A stretch of 42,603 nt of DNA, from positions 1 through 42,603 of the forward strand of contig JASFIU010000002.1 of NCBI GenBank assembly GCA_050122495.1. The letters run 5' to 3'. The translations under genes and the position numbers were made by a program. The DNA comes from Desulfobacterales bacterium. Lineage in GTDB: Bacteria > Desulfobacterota > Desulfobacteria > Desulfobacterales > JAHEIW01. The notes under the pieces are model-generated. The model did no database searches. It had not been told where the DNA came from and saw only the letters and a program-made list of their open reading frames with translations. Of the stretch, positions 1-8,641 are shown piece after piece (the stretch's first letter is position 1; each line of letters opens with the position of its first letter).

Positions 1-16
1 CAAATGAGCTATTGAT

Positions 17-83
17 AATTAGCCACGGACCCGTCTTCGCTCTGGCGAGCTTCGCCGCGGCGAAGACGGGTCTGTGGCTAATT
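17..83. repeat. Long imperfect hairpin immediately downstream of the 83..364 gene
   Basis: Arm 17-39 (AATTAGCCACGGACCCGTCTTCG) is the reverse complement of 61-83 with one mismatch. An inner 16-nt perfect palindrome CTTCGCCGCGGCGAAG lies at 50-65. The arms are not internally periodic, unlike the other elements. Confidence 0.8.
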
Positions 84-364
84 TAATAAATGCGGAAAAG
101 CGGGCTCTGGATGTGGGATTTTTTGCATTGCGGACAGCGCCCGGGACGGGTAAAGCGCTTACGATCTTCAAACACAAACCCGCATGCCAGACACTTTGCA
201 GGTGTAATCACGATTTTTTTATCTTGAGAAGCTACCGATCGGGCGATGTGAGTTAAATGCGCATAAACTTCTTTTTCGGAAATCCCCACTTCCCCGGAAA
301 TCTCCCGGGCACTCATCTCCGCCTCACTCAATAGTATTATGATTTTCTGTCTGAGGGTGGGCAT
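83..364 (-). CDS. Small transcriptional regulator, N-terminal HTH fused to a C-terminal Zn-ribbon (CxxC...CxxC)
   Basis: The ORF-track protein contains SAREISGEVGISEKEVYAHL (HTH-like) and CLACG...CPQCK (four-Cys ribbon). ATG at 364 is preferred over the TTG at 373 used by the track. No strong SD is seen. Confidence 0.7.
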   Translation of the reverse strand: MPTLRQKIIILLSEAEMSAREISGEVGISEKEVYAHLTHIARSVASQDKKIVITPAKCLACGFVFEDRKRFTRPGRCPQCKKSHIQSPLFRIY

Positions 365-379
365 GGTCTTCAATTATTT

Positions 380-487
380 AGGTTTCAGGTGTCAGTGTTC
401 AGGTGTCAGGAATGAGCAGGTGAAAGGATTCAAGCCTCAACTTCTATGTTTCTTTTCCTGACACCTGACACCCGACACCTGAAACCT
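380..487. repeat. Periodic-arm hairpin, GGTGTCA/TGACACC heptamer family
   Basis: Left arm 380-410 is AGGTTTCAGGTGTCAGTGTTCAGGTGTCAGG. Right arm 457-487 is CCTGACACCTGACACCCGACACCTGAAACCT, an imperfect reverse complement. The loop is 46 nt. The right arm lies inside the 3-prime end of the radical SAM ORF. Confidence 0.9.
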
Positions 488-1490
488 CTTCTTTTAACAG
501 ACAACACGCAATTTTATATTCCGGCACCCCATCGGCTGTATAGCTTAAATTTTGGGGCTGGATCAGTTTATTCATCACGCAGCCCTCCGGAATATTTAGC
601 TTGAACAAATCGCTCTCATTGAGGCTTTCAACCTCACCCAACATATTGTCTTTGAACTCCAGGCTGTGGAGGGGATAGTCCTCACAAAGGGGGCACCGAT
701 AGACCCTGCCGTTTGGGAATATAAAGTAATTCTGAGAAACCAGCCCGGCACACTCAAAGCGTTCTTCCGGTTCCAAAAAAACCTTCGGAAAGCTGACGGT
801 TACACCATGCCCGGCCACTTTTTGAGCCACGGCCGGAATGATCTCGAGCCATTTAGATTTGGAAACCTGAAGCGTTTGCCCGGGGTCTTTGGTTGATCTG
901 CTTAAAGCGGCTTTGCCCCGCAGCCCGATTACCTGAATGAAAAACCTGTCGAGGCCCAAATTCTTTATTAGGGACGGCATCAATTCGAGTTCATGGATGT
1001 TCATCATACTGACCGTGTAAATCAGGCTGGCAGCAAAGCCTTTATCAACCGCCTTTTGGATGCCCTTCAGACAGATATCGTAGGACCCTTCGCCTCGAAT
1101 CCGATCATTGGTTTCGCGGGTGGCGCCATCGAGGCTGAAACTGAAAAAATCCACCTCCCGGCAGCTGACCCGGCTAAGGATATCATGAAACAGATATCCA
1201 TTGGTATCTACTGTGATAGAAACGAAACCGCGGTCTTTGGCATATTTAACGGCGCCGGCCAGATCCGGGTGCAGGCTGGGCTCACCGCCCAGGAAGATGA
1301 CATTGGTTGCGGCGCTAATGGAAGCGAATTGATCCAGCCAGGCCTTGATGGTGGCCAGGGGCAGATTTTCCTTGCCTTGCTGTTCGGGATTAATATAGCA
1401 GTGCCGACATCGGAGGTTGCATTTTGTTAGGATGTGAAAAAAAAGATTGGAGGCGTTCTTGGAGAAGGCTACGGTTTTTCTGGCGGTCAT
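444..1490 (-). CDS. Radical SAM enzyme with a Cys-rich C-terminal (SPASM/twitch-like) region
   Basis: CNLRCRHCY (CX3CX2C) lies near the N-terminus with a GGEP motif following it. C-terminal cysteines include CAG, CPLCEDY, GCV and CC. The start overlaps the stop of the upstream gene by 4 nt (ATGA). Confidence 0.85.
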   Translation of the reverse strand: MTARKTVAFSKNASNLFFHILTKCNLRCRHCYINPEQQGKENLPLATIKAWLDQFASISAATNVIFLGGEPSLHPDLAGAVKYAKDRGFVSITVDTNGYLFHDILSRVSCREVDFFSFSLDGATRETNDRIRGEGSYDICLKGIQKAVDKGFAASLIYTVSMMNIHELELMPSLIKNLGLDRFFIQVIGLRGKAALSRSTKDPGQTLQVSKSKWLEIIPAVAQKVAGHGVTVSFPKVFLEPEERFECAGLVSQNYFIFPNGRVYRCPLCEDYPLHSLEFKDNMLGEVESLNESDLFKLNIPEGCVMNKLIQPQNLSYTADGVPEYKIACCLLKEEVSGVGCQVSGKET

Positions 1491-1996
1491 ATTTGTTCAA
1501 TCAACCGTTTAACTTTCTTTTTGGTCGCAATCAGCTCTTCGTTGGTGGCGCGCAGCCGAATGGACATGAATTCAGCGAATATGCGGTAAAGCAACAACAA
1601 AAAATCCAATTTTTCATCCTGGGTGTTGCCGGCTGACATTCTTCTTTTTGCGGATGTGTCAACGGCCAGACACATGGTTTCACCGATCGCATAAACGGAT
1701 GCCGATCGGCTCAGGCTGTCGATAACACGCATTTCACCGAAAATTTCACCTTTCGAATCAATGGTGCCGATTTCCATCCCTTCTTTGGTAATTCGTATTT
1801 TGCCGGAAAGCAGAAAGTATAGCCAGGGATCAAAATCACCTTCTTTGATGATCAGCTCGCCGTCCTCATATTCCCGGATTTTACTGAGCCGCAACAACTT
1901 TCCCAGGCTTTTGGTTTCAAAATTCCTAAGCGCTGGAATGGTCAATAATTTTTGAATATTTTCAATATTATCTTTCAGGTACCTGGATTCAAGCAT
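1487..1996 (-). CDS. Stand-alone cyclic-nucleotide-binding (Crp-type cNMP) domain protein
   Basis: A cNMP-binding beta-roll signature is present (GDFDPWLYFLLSGKIRI ... GEIFGEMRVID..SRSASV). No DNA-binding HTH is recognised. GGAGG SD lies 5 nt upstream of the ATG. Confidence 0.75.
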   Translation of the reverse strand: MLESRYLKDNIENIQKLLTIPALRNFETKSLGKLLRLSKIREYEDGELIIKEGDFDPWLYFLLSGKIRITKEGMEIGTIDSKGEIFGEMRVIDSLSRSASVYAIGETMCLAVDTSAKRRMSAGNTQDEKLDFLLLLYRIFAEFMSIRLRATNEELIATKKKVKRLIEQI

Positions 1997-2149
1997 GAAT
2001 TCCTCCCGGCGACGGCGGCCGTCTTAAAATGAGCGCAACATTACTATTTTATACCGCAGACGCTAAAAGGGCAAGGAGGAAATCATAACAATCTGTAATT
2101 ATAGTATATTTTATATATAATTTGATGGACAGTCATGTCCCGGCAACTT

Positions 2150-2237
2150 AGGTGTCTAAGGCCTGGAGGTTTCAGGTGTCAAGTTTCGGGTGTCAGAATT
2201 GATCGACCTGACACCTGAACACTGAAACCAGACACCT
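2150..2237. repeat. Periodic-arm hairpin, GGTGTCA heptamer family, directly downstream of purF
   Basis: Left arm about 2168-2196 is GGTTTCAGGTGTCAAGTTTCGGGTGTCAG. The loop is AATTGATCGAC. Right arm 2208-2237 is CTGACACCTGAACACTGAAACCAGACACCT. About 23 of 30 positions are complementary. A separate 6-bp hairpin GCTAGT-TGAAA-ACTAGC at 2238-2254 covers the purF stop codon. Confidence 0.85.
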
Positions 2238-2249
2238 GCTAGTTGAAAA

Positions 2250-3704
2250 CTAGCAAGTGACTTCCAGGCAATGCTTTGACACCTCCTCATCAAAACTCAC
2301 CGGATAACAACCATCAAAGCAGGCCTTGCAAAAATGTTGCTCCGGATTTTCGATTCCGGTTGACTGCAATAGGCCTTCAATACTGAGGTAGTGCAGCGAG
2401 TCGAGGCCTAAATAATTTTTGAGTTCTTCCACCGATTTGCGGGCAGCGATCAGTTCCCCGCGGGTGGAAAAATCGATGCCGTAATGACACGGAAAGCGAT
2501 GCGGCGGTCCGGCAACCCGCATGTGTACGCGCCGGACACCCAGTTTGCGCAGGGACTTCACCCGGGTTTTGATGGTCGTGCCTCTGATAATGGAATCTTC
2601 AATAATAATCAGATCTTTGCCTTTGAGAAGTTCTTTCACGGGATTGAGCTTAATCCGCACACCGAAATCCCGCATACTCTGCGTGGGTTGGATAAATGTG
2701 CGGCCGACATAGTGATTTCGAATCATTCCCATCTCAAATGGAATACCGGATTCCTCATGATAACCCAGGGCGGCATAGGTTCCGGAATCCGGAAACGGCA
2801 TCACCAGATCAGCATCTACGGGCGCCTCCTGGGCCAGGTGCCGCCCATGGGCCTTGCGGGTCAGATAGACATTTCGGCCGAATATCGTACTATCCGGTCG
2901 CGCAAAATAAATAAGCTCAAAGATGCAGAAGGCGCGGTTTGGTCCAGCGGGGATTTGGATGCTTTTGATGCCGTCTTCACCAATGATGACAATTTCCCCG
3001 GGATTGATTTCACGAATAAACTCGGCTTCCACCAGATCAAACGCGCAGGTTTCTGATGCCAGCAGATAATTGCCGTTGAGTTTGCCCAAACAGAGGGGCC
3101 GGAAACCCTGGGGATCTTTCATCCCGACGACTTCACCCTTGCTGGTCAGCATAACAATAGAAAAAGCGCCCTCCAGCCTGGAAACCGATTCAACGAGCGC
3201 CTGTTCAAAACCGAGCTTCAGGTTTTTGACGAAAAGATGTAAAAAAATCTCGCTGTCCATCGTGGACTGAAAGATAGAACCGGCCTGCTCGAGCTCATTT
3301 TTTAGAATGTGGGCATTGGTAAAATTGCCGTTGTGGGCAACCGCATAAGACTTTTTGCGGTGGTGAACCCGAAAGGGCTGTGCATTGGTCAATATGGAAC
3401 TGCCGGTGGTCGAATAGCGTACATGCCCCACGGCGCTTCCGCCGTCCAGCTGGGCCAATTGATCCATGTCGAAAACATCCGATACCAGCCCCATGCCTTT
3501 GTGCTCAACAATCTGCATATCCCTGGCGACCGCAATGCCGGCACTTTCCTGGCCCCGGTGTTGCAGCGCATAGAGGCCAAAATACGTCAGCGCCGCAGCT
3601 TCGGGATGATCGTAAATTCCAAAAATGCCGCAGGCTTCCCGCGGCTTTTCTTCATCGAAATGTGACATTTGATACTTGGAAGGCGTTGGTTTCGTATTCC
3701 TCAT
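2250..3704 (-). CDS. purF: Amidophosphoribosyltransferase (glutamine PRPP amidotransferase)
   Basis: Ntn-type N-terminus CGIFGI follows a propeptide. A PRTase motif (DLIIIEDSIIRGTT) and C-terminal Cys ligands are present. An alternative ATG at 3668 would give a 12-aa propeptide; the first ATG has GGAG 11 nt upstream. Confidence 0.95.
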   Translation of the reverse strand: MRNTKPTPSKYQMSHFDEEKPREACGIFGIYDHPEAAALTYFGLYALQHRGQESAGIAVARDMQIVEHKGMGLVSDVFDMDQLAQLDGGSAVGHVRYSTTGSSILTNAQPFRVHHRKKSYAVAHNGNFTNAHILKNELEQAGSIFQSTMDSEIFLHLFVKNLKLGFEQALVESVSRLEGAFSIVMLTSKGEVVGMKDPQGFRPLCLGKLNGNYLLASETCAFDLVEAEFIREINPGEIVIIGEDGIKSIQIPAGPNRAFCIFELIYFARPDSTIFGRNVYLTRKAHGRHLAQEAPVDADLVMPFPDSGTYAALGYHEESGIPFEMGMIRNHYVGRTFIQPTQSMRDFGVRIKLNPVKELLKGKDLIIIEDSIIRGTTIKTRVKSLRKLGVRRVHMRVAGPPHRFPCHYGIDFSTRGELIAARKSVEELKNYLGLDSLHYLSIEGLLQSTGIENPEQHFCKACFDGCYPVSFDEEVSKHCLEVTC

Positions 3705-3788
3705 TTATCGAAGTACTCCAAATAAAAGTATTGCATTAAAGACTGTATACATCTATTTACGGCAAATTAATTGACTCGGTGTAAAAAC

Positions 3789-3872
3789 CGAGGAGGAGTA
3801 CGAGTACGACCCCGAGGACGAAAAATGTGGAGTTGAAAATCCTACTCGTCCTCGTGCTCGTGCTCGTCCTCG
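3789..3872. repeat. Periodic-arm hairpin, CGAG(G/T)A hexamer family
   Basis: Left arm 3789-3820 is CGAGGAGGAGTACGAGTACGACCCCGAGGACG. The loop is AAAAATGTGGAGTTGAAAATC. Right arm 3842-3872 is CTACTCGTCCTCGTGCTCGTGCTCGTCCTCG. The element is flanked on both sides by AAAAAC. Confidence 0.9.
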
Positions 3873-3954
3873 AAAAACGACAAGATCTCCAAATTCAGTT
3901 CTTTGGCGAGTATTCGGTTGCGCCACCACAACTGGGTTTCATGATTTAGGCCTT

Positions 3955-6900
3955 TTAAATTCCAGCATTATACTCCTGCAGGGTCTTGACATTCAGTTTT
4001 TTTCCCCGCAGCCTTTCGATCGCTTTGTAAATCGCCATCCCGCCCGCGGTTGTCGTTGCGTATGGGATTTTATAGCGCAGGGAATTCCGTCGGATATAAT
4101 ATCCGTCCCGTCGGGTTTCGCCGCCGACCGAGGTATTGATGACCAGCTGGATCTCTGCATTTTTTATCGCATCAACAACGTGGGGCCGCCCCACGGAAAC
4201 TTTGTTGATGCGTTTATTGGCGATGCCGTGCTCGGCTAAATATTTAGATGTGCCATGGGTCGCCATAATTTGAAAGCCGGCATCCCGAAACCTGGCAGCC
4301 AGGGGCAGGACCGTTTTTTTATCATTATCGATTACGCTGATAAAAACCGTGCCCGTTGTCGGAAGGTTTTGACCGGCCCCCAATTGGGCCTTGGCATAAG
4401 CAGAACCGAAATCTAAGCCGATTCCCATGACTTCCCCGGTGGATTTCATCTCAGGACCCAGTAAGATATCCACATCCGGAAAGCGGTCAAACGGCAGCAC
4501 GGCTTCTTTAACCGAGATGTGCTCGGGAACAATCTCCGCGGTCAAACCCAGTTCCTGCAGGGATCGGCCGAGCATCACCTTGGTCGCCAGCTTGGCTAAG
4601 GGCACACCGGTGGCTTTGCTGACAAACGGAATGGTCCGCGATGCCCTCGGATTGACTTCCAGGACATACAGTTGGCCGTCCTTTAAGGCATACTGAACAT
4701 TCATCAAACCGATCACGTTCAATTCAGCCGCCATGGCTTTGGTCGCCCGGGTCATTTGTTCGATAAATTGCGGTTCGATATTGACCGGCGGTAGCACACA
4801 GGCTGAATCCCCGGAATGGACCCCGGCCTCTTCGATATGCTCCATGATACCGCCGATAATGGTGGTGTGGCCATCGCAGATGGCATCCACGTCGAATTCA
4901 AAAGCATCTTCAACGAATTTATCGATCAAGACCGGATATTCCGGTGAGGCCATGATCGCCAGATGGGTATAATTTTTAAGTGCGGCTTGATCATAGACGA
5001 TTTTCATTGCCCGACCGCCCAGCACATAAGAGGGCCGCACAACGACCGGATAACCGATGGTTTCAGCAACCTTAACGGCCTCTTTTACCGTTAAGGCCGT
5101 GCCGTTGGCCGGTTGAATCAGACCGAGCTTATTGAGCATGGACTGGAAAAGCTTGCGGTCTTCGGCACGGTCGATGCTTTCGGGCTGGGTGCCCAGGATC
5201 GGAACCCCGGCGGCATGCAGCCCCACGGAAAGATTTAGTGGAGTCTGGCCTCCGAATTGAACAATGACCCCCATCGGTTTTTCGGTTTCGACAATATGGA
5301 GCACATCCTCTTTGGTCAGGGGTTCAAAATATAATTTATCGGAAGTGTCATAATCCGTGCTGACGGTCTCCGGATTGCTGTTGACCATGATGCTTTCAAT
5401 GCCTTCCTCACGCAATGCAAAAGATGCGTGCACGCAGCAATAGTCAAATTCAATTCCCTGACCGATGCGGTTGGGTCCGCCCCCGAGAATCATCACCTTT
5501 TTACGATCTGAAACTCGGGCCTCATTTTCTAATTCATAGGTTGAGTAATAATATGGCGTGGCCGCCTTAAATTCAGCTGCACAGGTATCCACCAGTTTAT
5601 ACACCGGGCGCAGTTTTAAATCGATGCGCCGTTTTTTAATGTCCGCTTCACGCAGCGTGGTTAGATGTGCCAGCTGGACATCTGAAAAGCCCCATTCCTT
5701 GGCCTGTTTCAAAAGCGCATCCGACAGTTTTGTGCCGGCCTTTTGAATTTCAAGCTCCAGGGCAACAATCTGCGCGAGCTGATGAATAAACCAGGGATCG
5801 ATTCCGCTCAATTTATAGATCGATTCAATCGACATCCCCTGCAGCAATGCATAGCGCAGGTAAAACATGCGCTGGGAGTTGGGTGAGGTTAGTTTTTGCT
5901 CGATTTCGGTTCTGGAGGGCAAACGGTTTTGGGTGTTCCCGCCCTCGGAAAAATCTTTACCATCGGCTCCCAGTCCGTAACGGCCGGTTTCAAGGGAACG
6001 CAAGCCCTTTTGAAGGGCCTCTTTGAAAGTCCGGCCGATGGCCATCGTTTCGCCCACCGATTTCATCGATGTGGTCAAAAAGTCCTCGGTCTCGGGAAAC
6101 TTTTCAAAGGTCCAGCGGGGAACCTTGACCACGCAGTAATCCAGGGTGGGTTCAAAAGAGGCCAGCGTTTCACCGGTAATATCGTTGGAAATTTCATCCA
6201 GGGTGTAGCCGACCGCCAGTTTAGCTGCAATTTTGGCAATCGGAAATCCGGTGGCTTTAGAGGCCAGGGCAGAACTGCGCGATACCCTGGGATTCATTTC
6301 AATGACCACCATCTCCCCATCTTCGGGATTGACGGCAAATTGAACATTTGAGCCGCCGGTATCCACCCCGATTTCGCGTATGATCGCGATGGAGGCATTG
6401 CGCATGATCTGGTATTCTTTATCGCTGAGGGTTTGCGCCGGGGCCACCGTGATGCTGTCTCCGGTGTGAACCCCCATGGGGTCCATATTTTCGATCGAGC
6501 AAATGATTACCACATTGTCCTGTTTGTCCCGCATGACCTCCAGTTCATACTCTTTCCAGCCCATCACCGATTCTTCAAGCATCACCTGCCCGATCAGGCT
6601 GGCATCCAGGCCGGCTCTGGAAAGTTTGTAGAGGTCATCGGAATTATAAGCCACACCGCCGCCGGTACCGCCCAGGGTAAAACCGGGACGCACAATGATA
6701 GGGAATCCGATATCGTCGGTAATTTTACGGACTTCGCCCATGGTTTGGGCGATCCCGCTGTTCGGAATCCGCAGCCCGATGTTGGTCATGGCCTTGCGAA
6801 AAAGATCGCGGTCTTCCGCCTTCTTAATCGCGGGTATAGAGGCACCGATCATTTCGACGTTGAATTTATCCAGAATCCCTGCTTTGGCGACTTCGATTGC

Positions 6901-7194
6901 CGTATTCAAACCGGTTTGCCCGCCAAGGGTCGGCAGCAAGGCATCCGGCTTTTCCCGTTCAATAATCATCGCCACGGCTTCGGGTGTAACCGGTTCGATA
7001 TAGGTCCGATCGGCTGTTTCCGGGTCGGTCATGATGGTGGCCGGATTGGAGTTTACCAGAATGACTTCGAACCCCTCTTCCTTAAGGGCCTTACAGGCCT
7101 GGGTGCCGGAATAGTCGAACTCACAGGCCTGGCTGATGATGATCGGGCCGGCCCCAATGATTAAAATTCGATGGATGTCTGTTCGTTTGGGCAT
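3955..7194 (-). CDS. carB: Carbamoyl-phosphate synthase large subunit
   Basis: The 1079-aa ORF has duplicated ATP-grasp halves. The N-terminus [16 protein letters not shown] is typical, and an MGS-like C-terminal domain is present. Confidence 0.97.
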   Translation of the reverse strand: MPKRTDIHRILIIGAGPIIISQACEFDYSGTQACKALKEEGFEVILVNSNPATIMTDPETADRTYIEPVTPEAVAMIIEREKPDALLPTLGGQTGLNTAIEVAKAGILDKFNVEMIGASIPAIKKAEDRDLFRKAMTNIGLRIPNSGIAQTMGEVRKITDDIGFPIIVRPGFTLGGTGGGVAYNSDDLYKLSRAGLDASLIGQVMLEESVMGWKEYELEVMRDKQDNVVIICSIENMDPMGVHTGDSITVAPAQTLSDKEYQIMRNASIAIIREIGVDTGGSNVQFAVNPEDGEMVVIEMNPRVSRSSALASKATGFPIAKIAAKLAVGYTLDEISNDITGETLASFEPTLDYCVVKVPRWTFEKFPETEDFLTTSMKSVGETMAIGRTFKEALQKGLRSLETGRYGLGADGKDFSEGGNTQNRLPSRTEIEQKLTSPNSQRMFYLRYALLQGMSIESIYKLSGIDPWFIHQLAQIVALELEIQKAGTKLSDALLKQAKEWGFSDVQLAHLTTLREADIKKRRIDLKLRPVYKLVDTCAAEFKAATPYYYSTYELENEARVSDRKKVMILGGGPNRIGQGIEFDYCCVHASFALREEGIESIMVNSNPETVSTDYDTSDKLYFEPLTKEDVLHIVETEKPMGVIVQFGGQTPLNLSVGLHAAGVPILGTQPESIDRAEDRKLFQSMLNKLGLIQPANGTALTVKEAVKVAETIGYPVVVRPSYVLGGRAMKIVYDQAALKNYTHLAIMASPEYPVLIDKFVEDAFEFDVDAICDGHTTIIGGIMEHIEEAGVHSGDSACVLPPVNIEPQFIEQMTRATKAMAAELNVIGLMNVQYALKDGQLYVLEVNPRASRTIPFVSKATGVPLAKLATKVMLGRSLQELGLTAEIVPEHISVKEAVLPFDRFPDVDILLGPEMKSTGEVMGIGLDFGSAYAKAQLGAGQNLPTTGTVFISVIDNDKKTVLPLAARFRDAGFQIMATHGTSKYLAEHGIANKRINKVSVGRPHVVDAIKNAEIQLVINTSVGGETRRDGYYIRRNSLRYKIPYATTTAGGMAIYKAIERLRGKKLNVKTLQEYNAGI

Positions 7195-7200
7195 AAATGC

Positions 7201-7345
7201 TCACTTTGTTCGCAGCTAAAGGAGCGCTACGCTTTAAGATCACTTCGTTTGAGGAGCGCTGCGCTTTAGGCTTAAAAGCCCGCCTCAATCCTAAAGTTCC
7301 GAAGGAACGCGCCTCGAGGCCCAGAGGGCCGCTCCTCTAGTTTCC
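7201..7345. repeat. Structured carA-carB spacer with tandem approx 35-nt units and several small palindromes
   Basis: Direct units lie at 7201-7238 (TCACTTTGTT..AAAGGAGCGCTACGCTTTAAG) and 7239-7270 (ATCACTTCGTTTGAGGAGCGCTGCGCTTTAGG). Small hairpins include GGCTTAAAAGCC and GTTCCGAAGGAAC. GAGGAGCG at 7251-7258 is complementary to CGCTCCTC at 7330-7337. Confidence 0.7.
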
Positions 7346-7373
7346 GCCGCAGGTGGAGACGATCTTTGATGCG

Positions 7374-8507
7374 TTATCGCATCAATTCCTTAAACTCATC
7401 AAAGAGATAACGTGCATCGTGCGGACCAGGAGATGCTTCAGGATGGTATTGCACCGAAAATATCGGGTATTTTCGGTGCCGAAATCCTTCCAGGGTATTG
7501 TCATTTAGGTTGATGTGAGTGATTTCAACATCATTTTCCCGAAGTGATTCCGAATCAACTGCAAATCCATGGTTCTGGGACGTGATTTCAACCCTCCCGG
7601 ATCGAAAATTTTTGACCGGTTGATTAGCACCCCGATGGCCGAATTTCAACTTAAAAGTTTCGGCACCCAGCGCCAGCCCGAGGATCTGGTGACCGAGGCA
7701 GATACCGAAAATGGGTCGGTAGTCCAGTAACGCGCGAATCGTTTCAATTGCATCACTGACCGGCTCCGGGTCCCCCGGACCGTTTGAGAGAAAAATGCCA
7801 TCGGGCGCCATGGCTTCGATGGTGTCGGCGGGGGTGGCAGACGGCACCACCACCAGTTCAAAGCCGGCCTGTTCAAGTTGCCTCAGGATATTAAATTTGA
7901 TGCCAAAGTCAAATGCAACCACCGACCGTTTTGCACCACGATGCTGCCAGATGGTTTTATCCAGCGGGCGGCTGTCGGGGCTAAAAAATTGCGGCTTGCC
8001 CTTATGCCAGTAAAAGGGATCCGGGGTCGTTACCACCTTTGCCAGGTTTAGGCCCGTCATTTTCGGTATTTGATTGGCTCTTTTCACCAAAGAAGCCGGC
8101 GTTAAATCCTCAGTGGAAATAATCGCCCGCATGGCGCCGGCATTGCGGATATGTCTTGTAATGGCGCGGGTATCCAGGTGTTCGACACCTAAGATGTCGT
8201 GGCTTACCAGGTAATCGGCCAGCGTGGCCGTCGATCGGAAATTGCTGGGATAGGACTGATATTCCTTAATTAAAAAGGCCGCAACCTGTATGCGACCGGA
8301 CTCAATATCTTCAGGATTAATCCCGTAGTTTCCAATAAGCGGATAGGTCATAACGACCATTTGGCCGCTATAAGAGGGGTCGGTCAGTACTTCCTGATAT
8401 CCGGTCATGCTGGTGTTGAATACAACCTCGCCTGAAGCTTCGCCTTTTCCGGTGAAAGACCGGCAAGCAAACGTGCGGCCGTCCTCTAGTGCTAATAGTG
8501 CATCCAT
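7374..8507 (-). CDS. carA: Carbamoyl-phosphate synthase small (glutamine amidotransferase) subunit
   Basis: The 377-aa ORF carries the class I GATase triad context (GICLGHQ ... HPE) and a typical CarA N-terminal domain. Confidence 0.95.
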   Translation of the reverse strand: MDALLALEDGRTFACRSFTGKGEASGEVVFNTSMTGYQEVLTDPSYSGQMVVMTYPLIGNYGINPEDIESGRIQVAAFLIKEYQSYPSNFRSTATLADYLVSHDILGVEHLDTRAITRHIRNAGAMRAIISTEDLTPASLVKRANQIPKMTGLNLAKVVTTPDPFYWHKGKPQFFSPDSRPLDKTIWQHRGAKRSVVAFDFGIKFNILRQLEQAGFELVVVPSATPADTIEAMAPDGIFLSNGPGDPEPVSDAIETIRALLDYRPIFGICLGHQILGLALGAETFKLKFGHRGANQPVKNFRSGRVEITSQNHGFAVDSESLRENDVEITHINLNDNTLEGFRHRKYPIFSVQYHPEASPGPHDARYLFDEFKELMR

Positions 8508-8523
8508 AGAAATAATATTTTGT

Positions 8524-8641
8524 TAGATTGGTTGTATTGGTTTTATTCGTTTAATTGATTCAATTTGTTTAGAGCATTTGGTTCTTAAACTCAAGCCGTT
8601 TAACCAATAGAACCCATCAAACCAATTAGACTAATTCAAAC
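8524..8641. repeat. Periodic-arm hairpin, ATTGGTT family, abutting the stop codon of the GOGAT fusion gene
   Basis: The left arm is TAGATTGGTTGTATTGGTTTTATTCGTTTAATTGATTCAATTTG. Right arm 8598-8641 is GTTTAACCAATAGAACCCATCAAACCAATTAGACTAATTCAAAC. The right arm is near-identical to 11172-11213. Confidence 0.8.

Noticed and set aside
74-256. 60-aa plus-strand ORF at the window start
   Set aside because: It lies antisense to and inside the HTH/Zn-ribbon gene and starts within the hairpin arm. It has no SD and no recognisable motif.
7306-7325. GAAGGAACGCGCC resembles the 3-prime end of the glutamine (glnA RNA) riboswitch as I remember it
   Set aside because: It is on the plus strand whereas carA/carB are transcribed from the minus strand. 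The rest of the motif is not present, and locally it is just a GTTCC-GAA-GGAAC hairpin.
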